NCBI GenBank assembly: GCA_902536515.1
Contig: CACAXU010000001.1
Coordinates: forward strand, 2,223-66,222
Length of the DNA: 64,000 nt
Direction of reading: 5' to 3'
Source of the DNA: an uncultured Litorivicinus sp.
GTDB lineage: Bacteria; Pseudomonadota; Gammaproteobacteria; Pseudomonadales; Litorivicinaceae
The translations under genes were made by a program, and so were the position numbers. Below are positions 1 to 10,155 of the stretch, piece by piece; positions within the stretch are counted from its first letter, which is position 1, and each line of letters opens with the position of its first letter. The notes beneath the pieces are model-generated. The model saw nothing but the letters and a program-made list of their open reading frames with translations, did not search any database and was not told the origin of the DNA.

Positions 1-38
1 TCAGTGGTCTCGTTGAGAAGGCAAATCGAGAGAATTAA
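1..38 (+). CDS. hisE: 3' end of phosphoribosyl-ATP pyrophosphatase (partial, window edge)
   Basis: Frame from nt 3 reads SGLVEKANREN*, like the HisE C-terminus (GxSGLxEKAxR); hisE-hinT-tatABC is common synteny. Confidence 0.55.
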   Translation, partial: SGLVEKANREN

Positions 39-39
39 G

Positions 40-378
40 ATGATTGATTGCCTATTTTGTAAAATTCGCGACGGTGAAATACCCGCCGATATCATTTACA
101 GAGACGATGACTGCTTGGCATTTCGGGATGTTAATCCGAAAGCTCCGGTGCATTTTTTGGTCATTCCGCAGCGACACATTGAAAATTTATTTGATACGAC
201 ACCCGTTGATGAAGGCTTGTTGGGACGAATTCAGCTAAAGATTCCGCAGATTGCAAAGGAACAAGGACTGGATTCGGGATTCAGAACGGTGTTGAATACG
301 GGACCTGGAGGCCATCAGGAGGTGTATCACATGCACTATCATGTTCTCGGGGGCGGCCCGTTTACCGGCTTTAATTAA
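40..378 (+). CDS. hinT: HIT family nucleotide-binding protein / purine nucleoside phosphoramidase
   Basis: CLFCKI N-terminus, HMHYHVLGG histidine triad; ATG at 40 just after the upstream stop. Confidence 0.9.
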   Translation: MIDCLFCKIRDGEIPADIIYRDDDCLAFRDVNPKAPVHFLVIPQRHIENLFDTTPVDEGLLGRIQLKIPQIAKEQGLDSGFRTVLNTGPGGHQEVYHMHYHVLGGGPFTGFN

Positions 379-405
379 CAACACATAAGACAATAGGAGT
401 CCGTT

Positions 406-657
406 ATGGGAGTTGGTGGTATCAGCATCTGGCAGTTACTGATTATCTTGGCCATCGTGATCATGATCTTTGGTACTAAAAAATTGAAATCACTCGGCAC
501 CGACCTTGGGAGTGCAGTGAAAGGTTTCCGAGCATCAGTAACCGATAAGTCAGAAGACAAGGATGCTGAAGGCGCAGCGGATACAAAAGCCGAAAGTACC
601 GTCCAACAAAACGAATCAGCTGAAACGCAACAGACCGAACAAAAAGAGAAAGTCTAA
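406..657 (+). CDS. tatA: Twin-arginine translocase subunit TatA
   Basis: [31 protein letters not shown] motif; AGGAG RBS. Confidence 0.95.
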   Translation: MGVGGISIWQLLIILAIVIMIFGTKKLKSLGTDLGSAVKGFRASVTDKSEDKDAEGAADTKAESTVQQNESAETQQTEQKEKV

Positions 658-954
658 GTGTTCGATATTGGTGCGACAGAGCTGTTGCTTGTCGCAATCA
701 TTGGCCTCGTTGTTGTTGGTCCAGAGCGTTTACCTCGGCTTGCCCGCACACTTGGGTTGTGGGTTAAACGGCTTCGTGGACAAGTTCAATCCATTCAAAA
801 GGATATCAATCGCGAGTTGGAGCTCGAGGACCTGAAGCGCCAGTTGGAAGAGCGCGGCGGTGGACTAAAAATGGAAGATATTGCTGGGGAGGACCCTTTG
901 GGCCTCAGCCAGACGAGTAATACGACGCAAGCAGAAAAGAATGAGCGATCCTAG
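658..954 (+). CDS. tatB: Twin-arginine translocase subunit TatB
   Basis: MFDIGATELLLVAIIGLVVVGPERLP motif; lies between tatA and tatC. Confidence 0.95.
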   Translation: MFDIGATELLLVAIIGLVVVGPERLPRLARTLGLWVKRLRGQVQSIQKDINRELELEDLKRQLEERGGGLKMEDIAGEDPLGLSQTSNTTQAEKNERS

Positions 955-1909
955 CTTGAATGATCAACCCCTGATCGTCCACCTCATCGAATTACGAGAC
1001 CGACTCATTCGGATCTTAGTCGTAATTCTCTTCTTCTTTTTAGGCTTTATCGCATTTGCGAATGATCTTTACGCCTATCTCGCGAATCCGTTGCAATCAC
1101 TGTTACCGGAAGGCGCTTCGATGATTGCAACGCAAGTTGCATCGCCGTTTCTCGCACCATTCAAACTTGCGTTTTATCTTAGCGTCTATTGTGGAGCCCC
1201 AATGATTCTTTACCAGCTATGGGGATTCGTCGCGCCAGGTCTTTACGATAACGAAAAGAAGCTAGCTGGACCACTGCTCATCTCTAGCATTATTTTGTTT
1301 TATGCCGGGATGGCTTTCGCGTACTTTGCAGTGTTCCCGCTTGTATTCGGGTTCTTCACGACAATCGGGCCAACTGGCGTGACGGTGATGACCGACATCG
1401 ACGCCTATCTTTCCTTCGTACTAAAATTGTTCCTTGCATTTGGGCTTGCCTTTGAAATCCCTGTTGCAACGATGTTGCTTATTAAAGCAGGAATCGCCTC
1501 ACCCCAGTCGCTGAAAAGCAAACGTCCCTATGTATTTATTGGTTGCTTTGTCGTTGGTATGCTGGTCACGCCGCCAGATGTGATTAGCCAAACATTGCTC
1601 GCAGTACCTATGTGGCTACTGTTCGAAGTTGGTTTAATTGGTTCGCGCTTCCTTGGGCAGCCGAAATCAAAGACAGACGATGATGTCGACGATGGACCAC
1701 CTGAAGCAAGTGAATCACCGGCCGGTGCCACAGTTACTAATGAAGTAATCGAAGATGAGCCAAAGGATGGCGAGATGGATGAGTTCGATCTGTATGCACC
1801 AGTGGAAAACGGCGAGACTGATTCACCAATCATCGAAGAGCTTGATAATCCCGAGCCCCTGGACGGACACGACTCTGACGTAGGACCTTCAAAACCGCCG
1901 TCGACCTAG
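941..1909 (+). CDS. tatC: Twin-arginine translocase subunit TatC with long acidic C-terminal tail
   Basis: PLIVHLIELRDRL, FVAPGLY, TPPDVISQ motifs; start moved to ATG 941 overlapping tatB. Confidence 0.95.
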   Translation: MSDPSLNDQPLIVHLIELRDRLIRILVVILFFFLGFIAFANDLYAYLANPLQSLLPEGASMIATQVASPFLAPFKLAFYLSVYCGAPMILYQLWGFVAPGLYDNEKKLAGPLLISSIILFYAGMAFAYFAVFPLVFGFFTTIGPTGVTVMTDIDAYLSFVLKLFLAFGLAFEIPVATMLLIKAGIASPQSLKSKRPYVFIGCFVVGMLVTPPDVISQTLLAVPMWLLFEVGLIGSRFLGQPKSKTDDDVDDGPPEASESPAGATVTNEVIEDEPKDGEMDEFDLYAPVENGETDSPIIEELDNPEPLDGHDSDVGPSKPPST

Positions 1910-2872
1910 TTATGCGTGACCATATAATGCAGCCATATCCTGCGTAGCCTGACACAGCCCCTCAGCCATTTCAGGACCAAACGCGCAGTGCCCCGCGCGA
2001 TCAAGAATTTGAAGTTTCAAATTCGGGTAGAGCGCCTTTAGATCGTGGGCATTACTAACTGGACAGACGTGATCATTTGCGCCATGTAGTAACCACATCG
2101 GAGTCGAGTCGAGTTCTTCATGTTTCGCTTGAAAAACGGACTCAGACAGAAAACAACTGTGGCTAAGGTAATGGTGCTCGACCTGAGCGGTGGTGAGTTC
2201 ACGACGTAGAGATCTTTGATTTGTTTGGTTTGCCTGTGAGTCGCAAGTCGATAATCGATGCTCCCATAAATTCCATGCTCGCGCTGCTTGCAGCTGAGTG
2301 AATTCATCGTCGGCATGAAGTAGTTGTTGATAGGCCTTGAACACCGTTTCAAGCTGGGGATCCTGATCGTTGATCGGTGCAGTAAAATCCGCCCAAGCAG
2401 CAGGGTAAAGCGTTGCCGCTCCACCACCATATAACCAATTGAGGTTTTCAGGAGTATTCAGAAAAACCCCTCGCAAAATCAAACCAAGACAATTCTTAGG
2501 CCGTTCCATTGCATATAACAGAGCAAGGGTTGCACCCCAAGAACCGCCAAATAGGACGTATCGGGCAACGTCGAAATGGGCGGTAATCAAATCGAGATCT
2601 AACAGCAAATGACTGGTGGTGTTTGTCGAGAATAAGTCTATGGACTCAGAACGGCCACACCCTCGTTGATCAAAACACAATACATTAAACACGTCGGGAC
2701 AAAAAAATCGAGGCATCAATGGTGATGTTCCAGAACCTGGACCACCGTGCAGACAAATTACTGGGAGACCGTTGGAATTGCCAAAGCACCCAACCCACAG
2801 GCGATGTCGACCGTCAGACGTGGTCAACATCTCTTCGCGATACGGTTTGAGATCAGGATATAGTCTGTGCAT
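1910..2872 (-). CDS. pip: Prolyl aminopeptidase (alpha/beta hydrolase, S33)
   Basis: LHGGPG, FDQRGCGRS, GGSWG nucleophile, LILRGVF, AGH catalytic His. Confidence 0.9.
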   Translation of the reverse strand: MHRLYPDLKPYREEMLTTSDGRHRLWVGCFGNSNGLPVICLHGGPGSGTSPLMPRFFCPDVFNVLCFDQRGCGRSESIDLFSTNTTSHLLLDLDLITAHFDVARYVLFGGSWGATLALLYAMERPKNCLGLILRGVFLNTPENLNWLYGGGAATLYPAAWADFTAPINDQDPQLETVFKAYQQLLHADDEFTQLQAARAWNLWEHRLSTCDSQANQTNQRSLRRELTTAQVEHHYLSHSCFLSESVFQAKHEELDSTPMWLLHGANDHVCPVSNAHDLKALYPNLKLQILDRAGHCAFGPEMAEGLCQATQDMAALYGHA

Positions 2873-2900
2873 ACGCCCCCTAACGGGGCGGCATGCACTC

Positions 2901-4724
2901 CTAGCTTGCCGCCTTTGAGCGTCCCGCGCGTTTGCGGTCCGACTCTTTCAGTAATTTTTTACGAAGTCGAATATGGTTTGGTGTTACTTCGACAAGTTCA
3001 TCATCATCAATGAATTCGAGTGCAGACTCAAGCGTCATCCGAATTGGTGGTGTGAGAACGAGATTCTCGTCAGTCCCTGCAGCTCGAATATTAGTGAGTT
3101 GCTTCCCTTTGATCGGATTGACTGGAAGGTCGTTGTTACGTGAATGAATGCCAAGCAACATTCCCTCATAAACATCCACCCCAGGACCAATCATGAGGCG
3201 ACCGCGATCCTGAAGGTTAAACAGTGAGTACGCCGTGGCTGTGCCATCAGTCATCGAAACTAAAACACCATTAATTCGATTCCCCAAATCGCCCGGCTTA
3301 ACGGATCCGTAATGATCAAACACATGACTCATGACGCCAGTCCCTGAGGTCATCGTTAGAAATTGAGACTGGAAGCCAATCAGTCCACGAGCGGCGATAA
3401 TGTACTCCAGGCGCAAACGACCCTGGCCGTCTGGCACCATGTTCTTCATGTCGCCCTTACGAAGACCCATCGCCTCCATTACAGCACCTTGATGCTGGTC
3501 TTCAATATCGATAGTGACGTATTCATAGGGTTCTTCTTTGACTCCGTCCACCTCACGAAAAATCACCTCGGGTCGAGAGACACCAAGCTCGAATCCTTCG
3601 CGTCGCATCGATTCAATCAAAACGGACAAGTGGAGCTCGCCGCGACCAGAAACCACAAACTTATCCGGCGAATCCCCCTGTTCAACGAGGAGCGCAACAT
3701 TATAAATTAATTCGCGATCTAGACGATCTTTAATGTTCCTTGAAGTTACGTATTTACCGTCTTTTCCGGCAAACGGGCTATCATTTACTTGAAATGTCAT
3801 ACTAATCGTTGGCTCGTCAACAGTCAGTGGAGATAACCCTTCCGGCGCTTCAACCGAACAAATAGTGTCTGAAATTGACAGCGGTTCCAAACCAGTGATG
3901 CAGACGATGTCACCCGCTGTGGCGGATTGTTGTTCAATCCGTTCAAGGCCCAAATACCCGAGAATCTGGAGGATCTTTCCGTTGCGACTGCTGCCATCAG
4001 GGTTAACGACCGTTACCTGTTGATTCCGTTTCAACTGACCACAACGAATCCGGCCAACACCAATGACACCCTGAAATGAATTGTAATCCAACGCGGAAAT
4101 TTGCAGCTGAAGTGGTCCATCGAGATCGACCTCGGGAGCCGGGCAATGGTCCACAATGGCCTGAAGAATCGGCTCCATGCTTCTTGTAAGTTGGTCTGGC
4201 TCTGGACCCGACAACTCATTAATAGCTGAACAATACACCATCGGGAAATCAAGTTGGTCATCCGTGGCACCGAGCTGATCAAATAGATCAAATACCTTGT
4301 CAATTGTACCGTGCGGATCTGCACCAACCTTATCCACTTTGTTGACGATAACAATTGGTTTCAGGCCCTGATTAAAAGCTTTTTGAGTTACAAACCGTGT
4401 CTGCGGCATGGGACCTTCGGCTGCATCAACGACCAACAGTACCGCATCGACCATCGCCAATACGCGTTCAACTTCACCACCAAAATCGGCGTGACCGGGC
4501 GTATCCACGACGTTAATCCGAAAGTCATTCCAATTGAGACCGGTATTTTTCGCAAGGATTGTGATCCCACGCTCTTTTTCCTGGTCATTCGAATCCATTA
4601 CCCGTTCATTTTGGATTTCTTTTCTATCGAGGGTGCCAGATGCGGCAAGTAGCTTATCGACGAGTGTGGTTTTCCCATGGTCAACGTGCGCAATTATCGC
4701 CACATTACGTATCCGTTCAATCAT
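2901..4724 (-). CDS. typA: Translational GTPase TypA/BipA
   Basis: [37 protein letters not shown]; true start at ATG 4724 with GGAGGA RBS. Confidence 0.97.
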   Translation of the reverse strand: MIERIRNVAIIAHVDHGKTTLVDKLLAASGTLDRKEIQNERVMDSNDQEKERGITILAKNTGLNWNDFRINVVDTPGHADFGGEVERVLAMVDAVLLVVDAAEGPMPQTRFVTQKAFNQGLKPIVIVNKVDKVGADPHGTIDKVFDLFDQLGATDDQLDFPMVYCSAINELSGPEPDQLTRSMEPILQAIVDHCPAPEVDLDGPLQLQISALDYNSFQGVIGVGRIRCGQLKRNQQVTVVNPDGSSRNGKILQILGYLGLERIEQQSATAGDIVCITGLEPLSISDTICSVEAPEGLSPLTVDEPTISMTFQVNDSPFAGKDGKYVTSRNIKDRLDRELIYNVALLVEQGDSPDKFVVSGRGELHLSVLIESMRREGFELGVSRPEVIFREVDGVKEEPYEYVTIDIEDQHQGAVMEAMGLRKGDMKNMVPDGQGRLRLEYIIAARGLIGFQSQFLTMTSGTGVMSHVFDHYGSVKPGDLGNRINGVLVSMTDGTATAYSLFNLQDRGRLMIGPGVDVYEGMLLGIHSRNNDLPVNPIKGKQLTNIRAAGTDENLVLTPPIRMTLESALEFIDDDELVEVTPNHIRLRKKLLKESDRKRAGRSKAAS

Positions 4725-4794
4725 AAAGTCCTCCGAGCGCGCGGGAGTATAACGGACACTCGATGACAGCTGTGTGTTTTTTTCTCGACTTGTT

Positions 4795-4874
4795 TGCACT
4801 ATTATCGTGCAGTAATCTCGCTTATATGCACAGACCGAGTGCAATTTCTTGGCAACTTGCACCACAATAGTACC
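4795..4874. promoter_or_regulatory. Three NtrC enhancer boxes upstream of glnA
   Basis: TGCACT-N5-CGTGCA (4795-4811), TGCACA-N5-AGTGCA (4827-4843) and weaker TGCACC-N5-AGTACC (4858-4874), spaced 32 and 31 bp; consensus TGCACY-N5-GGTGCA. Confidence 0.85.
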
Positions 4875-4907
4875 TGTATCCGCTTAGAAACCAAGCAGTT
4901 ATCAAAA

Positions 4908-4923
4908 CGGCATAGCGATTGCT
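4908..4923 (+). promoter_or_regulatory. Sigma-54 (-24/-12) promoter of glnA
   Basis: CGGCATAGCGATTGCT: GG at 4909-4910 and GC at 4921-4922, exactly 10 nt apart. Confidence 0.85.
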
Positions 4924-4987
4924 TTGCGGACCTGTACGGTCAACTTGAAATTAGTTGAGATTATGAGTTTGACATACGGAGTCAAAA

Positions 4988-6394
4988 ATGTCTGAAAACA
5001 CCTTGAAATTAATCGCCGATAACGAAGCGCGTTGGGTGGACCTTCGCTTCACAGACCCACGTGGAAAAGAGCAACATGTGACTTTCCCAGCCTCGAAAGT
5101 AGATAGTGAGTTTTTTGCCGAAGGTGCAATGTTCGATGGTTCCTCGATAGCTGGTTGGAAGGGTATTAATGAATCAGACATGATCTTGATGCCCGATGAC
5201 GCAACCGCAGTCGTTGACCCGTTTACAGAAGAGGTAACTGTTAACTTAAGGTGCAACATTGTTGAGCCAAGTACTATGCAGGGATACGAGCGCGACCCTA
5301 GGTCAGTGGCCCTTCGCGCTGAAGAGTATCTAAAGTCGACCGGAATCGGTGATGCATCCTTCTTTGGACCGGAACCTGAGTTTTTTGTATTTGATAATGT
5401 GCAGTGGAAGGCCGACATGTCTGGGGCGATGTACAAAATCGATGCCGAGGAAGCGGCTTGGGCAAGTAGCGCTGAGTTTGATGGCGGCAACATGGCACAC
5501 CGACCAGGCGTCAAAGGCGGTTACTTCCCTGTCCCTCCAATCGACTCTGCAATGGATTTGAGAACTGCCATGTGCGAAACCATGGGAGCAATGGGCCTAC
5601 AGGTAGAAGTTCACCATCATGAAGTTGCGACCGCCTGTCAAAACGAGATTGGAGTGAAGTTCAACACTCTCGTGAACAAAGCTGATGAAGTTCAAATACT
5701 TAAGTACGTTGTGCATAACGTTGCTCATGCCTACGGTAAAACGGCAACGTTTATGCCTAAACCATTGGTCGGCGATAATGGATCGGGTATGCACTGCCAC
5801 CAGTCCATCTGGAAAAATGGCGAAAACTTATTTGCGGGCAATGGTTATGCCGGCCTGTCTGATGAAGCTCTTTACTATATCGGCGGCATCATCAAACATG
5901 CTCGAGCCGTCAATGCTTTTGCAAACGCATCTACAAACTCCTACAAACGCTTGGTCCCGGGTTTCGAAGCGCCTGTGATGCTCGCATATTCTGCACGAAA
6001 CCGTTCTGCATCAATTCGTATTCCTTACGTTTCAAGTGCGAAAGGTCGCCGGATCGAAGTCCGCTTCCCCGACCCAACAGCGAATCCCTATCTGGCGTTC
6101 TCCGCGATGTTAATGGCCGGTCTTGACGGGATACAGAATAAGATCCATCCAGGTGAAGCCGCAAGCAAAGATCTGTACGACCTCCCAGAAGAAGAAGCCC
6201 TCGCTATTCCAACGGTTGCCTCTAGTCTCGAACAAGCCTTGGATGCACTTGATGCAGATCGGGCGTTCCTGACAGCTGGTGGTGTTTTTACCGATGATAT
6301 GATCGATGGATACATGGAGTTGAAGCGCGAAGAAGTTGAACGACTGAATATGACTACCCATCCAGTCGAATTCGGCATGTATTATAGCGTGTGA
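4988..6394 (+). CDS. glnA: Glutamine synthetase type I
   Basis: [44 protein letters not shown], adenylylation site DLYDLP. Confidence 0.98.
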   Translation: MSENTLKLIADNEARWVDLRFTDPRGKEQHVTFPASKVDSEFFAEGAMFDGSSIAGWKGINESDMILMPDDATAVVDPFTEEVTVNLRCNIVEPSTMQGYERDPRSVALRAEEYLKSTGIGDASFFGPEPEFFVFDNVQWKADMSGAMYKIDAEEAAWASSAEFDGGNMAHRPGVKGGYFPVPPIDSAMDLRTAMCETMGAMGLQVEVHHHEVATACQNEIGVKFNTLVNKADEVQILKYVVHNVAHAYGKTATFMPKPLVGDNGSGMHCHQSIWKNGENLFAGNGYAGLSDEALYYIGGIIKHARAVNAFANASTNSYKRLVPGFEAPVMLAYSARNRSASIRIPYVSSAKGRRIEVRFPDPTANPYLAFSAMLMAGLDGIQNKIHPGEAASKDLYDLPEEEALAIPTVASSLEQALDALDADRAFLTAGGVFTDDMIDGYMELKREEVERLNMTTHPVEFGMYYSV

Positions 6395-6398
6395 AGGC

Positions 6399-6426
6399 AA
6401 TGACGGAGGCGCGAGTCTCCGTCATT
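6399..6426 (+). terminator. Stem-loop between glnA and glnL (attenuator or mRNA-stabilising hairpin)
   Basis: AATGACGGAG-gcgcgagt-CTCCGTCATT, 10-bp perfect stem, no long U tract. Confidence 0.6.
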
Positions 6427-6434
6427 ACAACACC

Positions 6435-7499
6435 ATGTATCTAGCACTTCTTAACTCTTTGAACAACGGGATAATGGTATTGGACGCTAGCGGAAAAATC
6501 TGGTGGGCTAACGAATCAGCATGTCGAATAGTCTCGACTAATTGGAAATATTTGAAGAATCGCGAGTTGTCAGATTTTATGGCCAGTGCACAAGCTGGTG
6601 AAGTCAATGACTCACTAGTCGATTGCGTCAAACTGGGACATAACTTTACCTATCGGGAATTGCAACTTGTTTCGGGTCGATCTATGTCAACGATAGATGC
6701 CTCGTTTAGTAAGTTAGAGCACAGCTTTGATGGCAATGGATCAATTTTGGTTGAACTAGCTGAAGTAGATCAAATCCTCAAAATAGCACGTGAAGCAAGG
6801 TATTCAAAAGACGAGCAAAGCTCAAAACAATTATTGCGAGGTCTAGCGCATGAAATTAAAAATCCGCTTGGCGGAATTAAAGGAGCCGCCCAATTACTCT
6901 CGAAAGAAGCTGATGCGTCGATCTACCAAGACTACCTTGAAGTAATAATTACCGAGACAGATCGGCTTACCAGTTTGGTCGACAACTTAGTGGGGCCAAA
7001 CATTAAGCAAGTTAATGATTCGATTAACATTCACAGACTGTTGGAACAGTGCAGGTCTCTGCTAAGCGCTCAAGCAGGCGGTAAAATAGATTTCCAAAGA
7101 GATTACGATCCGTCGTTACCAGAGACCATGGGAAGCGCACAGCAACTCTATCAAGCCATTTTAAACATCACCAAAAACGCCTTAGAAGCAGTCACTGAAT
7201 CGGATACCTCATTGCCGTGGGTCCGGTTCAGCACTCGCGCCATTCGCCGTGCACTTCCTGGAATAAAAGGCGCGCATACAATGCTACGAGTGCGGATAGA
7301 GGATAATGGGCCGGGCATTCCAGAAGATCTGAAAGAAAGAATTTTCTTTCCCATGGTATCTGGTCGAGCCCAAGGCTCAGGACTCGGATTATCCATCACA
7401 CAAACAATCATCTCGCGGCATCGCGGATGGATTGAAGTGGAATCTGAACCGGGACATACCGCCATAGATGTGATGTTGCCATTGGGAGATATGCCATGA
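6435..7499 (+). CDS. glnL: Nitrogen regulation sensor kinase NtrB
   Basis: PAS-like N-terminus, LAHEIKNPLGGI H-box, DNGPGIP, GSGLGL. Confidence 0.95.
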   Translation: MYLALLNSLNNGIMVLDASGKIWWANESACRIVSTNWKYLKNRELSDFMASAQAGEVNDSLVDCVKLGHNFTYRELQLVSGRSMSTIDASFSKLEHSFDGNGSILVELAEVDQILKIAREARYSKDEQSSKQLLRGLAHEIKNPLGGIKGAAQLLSKEADASIYQDYLEVIITETDRLTSLVDNLVGPNIKQVNDSINIHRLLEQCRSLLSAQAGGKIDFQRDYDPSLPETMGSAQQLYQAILNITKNALEAVTESDTSLPWVRFSTRAIRRALPGIKGAHTMLRVRIEDNGPGIPEDLKERIFFPMVSGRAQGSGLGLSITQTIISRHRGWIEVESEPGHTAIDVMLPLGDMP

Positions 7500-8917
7500 G
7501 TTCACCTACTGTTTGGGTGGTTGATGATGACCGCTCTATACGCTGGGTTCTTGAAAAAGCGCTCCAGAATGCTGGTTACAAACACTCGGTTTTTGACTCA
7601 GCGAAGGCTGCACGAAAAGCACTCGAAGTAAACACTCCAACCGTCGTGATGACAGACATCCGTATGCCTGGAGAAGACGGTTTTTCTCTCCTTGAGCACC
7701 TTCACACTGTCTCTCCCAAGCTTCCAGTGATCGTTATGACCGCTCACTCGGATTTAGACAGTGCCGTCGCCTCATACAGCCGCGGGGCCTTCGAATACCT
7801 TCCCAAGCCCTTCGATGTCGATGACGCTATTTTACTGGTTCAACGGGCTCTCGAGCGTCATCAAGAGCCGACTCTGATGACTGAGGCCGATTCTAACGAA
7901 GTACAACCACTTATGTTGGGGGAGGCGCCGGCAATGCAGGATGTGTTCAGAGCGATCGGGCGACTCGCTCAAGCTGAAATCACCGTATTGATTAATGGAG
8001 AGTCAGGTACGGGTAAAGAATTGGTGGCCAAAGCCGTCCACGCGAATTCACCACGAAAAGGCGGGCCATTTATTGCGTTGAACATGGCAGCCATCCCGAA
8101 AGACTTAGTTGAATCCGAACTATTCGGTCACGAAAAGGGGTCATTTACTGGTGCAACTGGTGCTCGCATCGGGCGCTTTGAACAAGCAAACGCCGGAACA
8201 CTCTTCCTCGATGAAATCGGAGATATGCCATTCGACACGCAAACACGTCTATTACGGATACTCGCAGATAATGAGTTTTATCGCGTAGGAGGCACATCTC
8301 CAGTTAAGGTAAATGTAAGAATCATTGCCGCGACCCACCAGAATTTGGAAGAACGCGTCAAAGAAGGCCTGTTTCGCGAGGATTTATTCCACAGGCTTAA
8401 TGTGATCCGTATTCAATTACCCGCCCTAAGAGATCGCAGAGAAGACATTCCAGCACTCGCTGAACACTTCTTAGCACTCGCTGCGCGGGAAATTAGCACC
8501 GAATCCAAACATCTCGGCGAGGATGCAAAGCGGGCGCTCGCTGAATTTAGTTGGCCTGGCAATGTTCGCCAGCTCGAGAACATGTGTCGCTGGCTTTCAG
8601 TGATGGCACCAAATCCACAAATCCAAGCGCAAGATCTACCACCTGAAGTGATATCACCGACAGAAACAACGCATCGATCAGCATTAACGTGGACTAGCCT
8701 TCTCCGCGAACGGGCCGCGAGCTTAATTAAATCTCATGAGGGTGAGGTGATCGGCAAGTTGACTGAAGAGCTTGAGAGGACCTTGATCGAGGTTGCGCTG
8801 ACAGATACTGCCGGCCGCAAAAAAGAGGCAGCCGAAAAACTAGGCTGGGGTCGGAACACCCTCACCCGCAAACTAAAAGAGCTTGGATTCGCAGAGGCAG
8901 ATATCGCCGAAGATTAA
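7496..8917 (+). CDS. glnG: Nitrogen regulation response regulator NtrC
   Basis: Receiver domain, GESGTGKE, ESELFGHEKGSFTGA, WPGNVRQLEN, HTH LGWGRNTLTRKLKELG. Confidence 0.97.
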   Translation: MSSPTVWVVDDDRSIRWVLEKALQNAGYKHSVFDSAKAARKALEVNTPTVVMTDIRMPGEDGFSLLEHLHTVSPKLPVIVMTAHSDLDSAVASYSRGAFEYLPKPFDVDDAILLVQRALERHQEPTLMTEADSNEVQPLMLGEAPAMQDVFRAIGRLAQAEITVLINGESGTGKELVAKAVHANSPRKGGPFIALNMAAIPKDLVESELFGHEKGSFTGATGARIGRFEQANAGTLFLDEIGDMPFDTQTRLLRILADNEFYRVGGTSPVKVNVRIIAATHQNLEERVKEGLFREDLFHRLNVIRIQLPALRDRREDIPALAEHFLALAAREISTESKHLGEDAKRALAEFSWPGNVRQLENMCRWLSVMAPNPQIQAQDLPPEVISPTETTHRSALTWTSLLRERAASLIKSHEGEVIGKLTEELERTLIEVALTDTAGRKKEAAEKLGWGRNTLTRKLKELGFAEADIAED

Positions 8918-9348
8918 TTCGTTGTTTGTTGCTTGCGCTGCTCCAAGAGTGCATCAAAGTTTATAGGCGCAAGCATCGGCGCTGGGAACGTCGCTTTCAC
9001 GGCCAATGAATCGATCGTTTCGCGTGCATATGGGAACAAGATATTGGGGCACATTGAACCCAAAACGTGTTCGACTGTCGCGTCGTCAAACCCTTGCAGT
9101 ACAAAAACCCCCGCTTGGTGAATCTCGATCAAAAATGCAACCTCGTCATCAGTCTTCACAGTCGCACCGAGCTTCAAAACGACCTCATACAATGTATCAC
9201 TCAGTTTTTCGTTGGTGACATCCACCTCAAGTCCAAGCTTGGGATTCCACTGTTTTTCGAAGATTTGAGGCGCTTTCGGCGATTCAAGCGATAAATCTTT
9301 TGTGTAAACTCTAGCAATCGAAAAATTCTGCGCAACTTCTTCAGACAT
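8914..9348 (-). CDS. secB: Protein-export chaperone SecB
   Basis: RVYTKDLSLESP, CPNILFPYARE, LAPINFDAL. Confidence 0.95.
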   Translation of the reverse strand: MSEEVAQNFSIARVYTKDLSLESPKAPQIFEKQWNPKLGLEVDVTNEKLSDTLYEVVLKLGATVKTDDEVAFLIEIHQAGVFVLQGFDDATVEHVLGSMCPNILFPYARETIDSLAVKATFPAPMLAPINFDALLEQRKQQTTN

Positions 9349-9610
9349 GAATACCTGCTTCCTTTAACCATACATTAAGTTGTCCCGAACGAAGTGCGTC
9401 CTGCGTATCATCACAACCACCTACATGGTGATCACCGATGAATACCTGAGGCACGGTAAGCCGGTTGGTGATTTCCATCATTTCCTCACGCTTTTCCGGG
9501 TTTTTATCAACACGAATCTCTTCATAAGGAACTTTCATGTCATCAAAAATCCGTTTTGCCATGATGCAAAATGGGCAGAATCCAGTGGTATACATCACCA
9601 CCTTGCTCAT
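9341..9610 (-). CDS. grxC: Glutaredoxin 3
   Basis: CPFC active site, TVPQVFI, GGCDD; start set at ATG 9610. Confidence 0.93.
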   Translation of the reverse strand: MSKVVMYTTGFCPFCIMAKRIFDDMKVPYEEIRVDKNPEKREEMMEITNRLTVPQVFIGDHHVGGCDDTQDALRSGQLNVWLKEAGIHV

Positions 9611-10032
9611 GATGACTTCCCTTTTTTTGTGGGTAGTGATGCAGCTGTCCATTCAGACATGCCACCGGCTAGCCGGACAACGTTTTCGAACCCCCGTTTT
9701 TTTAACGTTTTCGCAATTGATCCTGCTGAGGTTCCCATTTTGCAAACAACGACCACTCGATGTGCTTTATAACGGTCAATCTCGGACACTTTTTTATCGA
9801 ATACACTCGCCGGGAGATTGTACGCCCCAGCAATATGCCCCTGGGTAAATTCTTTTTGTTCACGAATATCAAGAATTAGTGCGTTCTCGCGATTAATCAT
9901 CCGAGTCGCTTCAGTCGTATTCACTGACTTACCCGCTTTTTTAGTTTCCGTATAGTAAAGTGTTCCAACCGCAGAGACCCACAACACCATAAGCACCCAG
10001 TTTTCCTGAGCAAATCCGATAAATTCCTGCAT
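9607..10032 (-). CDS. Membrane-anchored rhodanese-like protein (YibN-like)
   Basis: N-terminal TM, LDIRE..EF..GHIAGA, LAGGMSEW; yibN-grxC-secB synteny; start uncertain. Confidence 0.85.
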   Translation of the reverse strand: MQEFIGFAQENWVLMVLWVSAVGTLYYTETKKAGKSVNTTEATRMINRENALILDIREQKEFTQGHIAGAYNLPASVFDKKVSEIDRYKAHRVVVVCKMGTSAGSIAKTLKKRGFENVVRLAGGMSEWTAASLPTKKGKSS

Positions 10033-10155
10033 AAATGACGAGAGACCGTGATCCAAATTAAGACGTCGAGTATAATGATGTCGCTGACGAAGTCACGGGT
10101 CCCTCGTTAGATCCATGCCTAGGCCCGTAATATTCGATCAATTCTGGACCATTAA

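Noticed and set aside
4725-4865. 47-aa N-terminal extension of TypA in the ORF track
   Set aside because: Overlaps the NtrC boxes; a GGAGGA RBS and the family N-terminus support ATG 4724
4951-5514. 187-aa ORF antisense to glnA, and similar shadow ORFs (15857-16399, 45044-45700, 53776-54384)
   Set aside because: All lie opposite well-conserved genes and show no recognisable motif; expected antisense open frames
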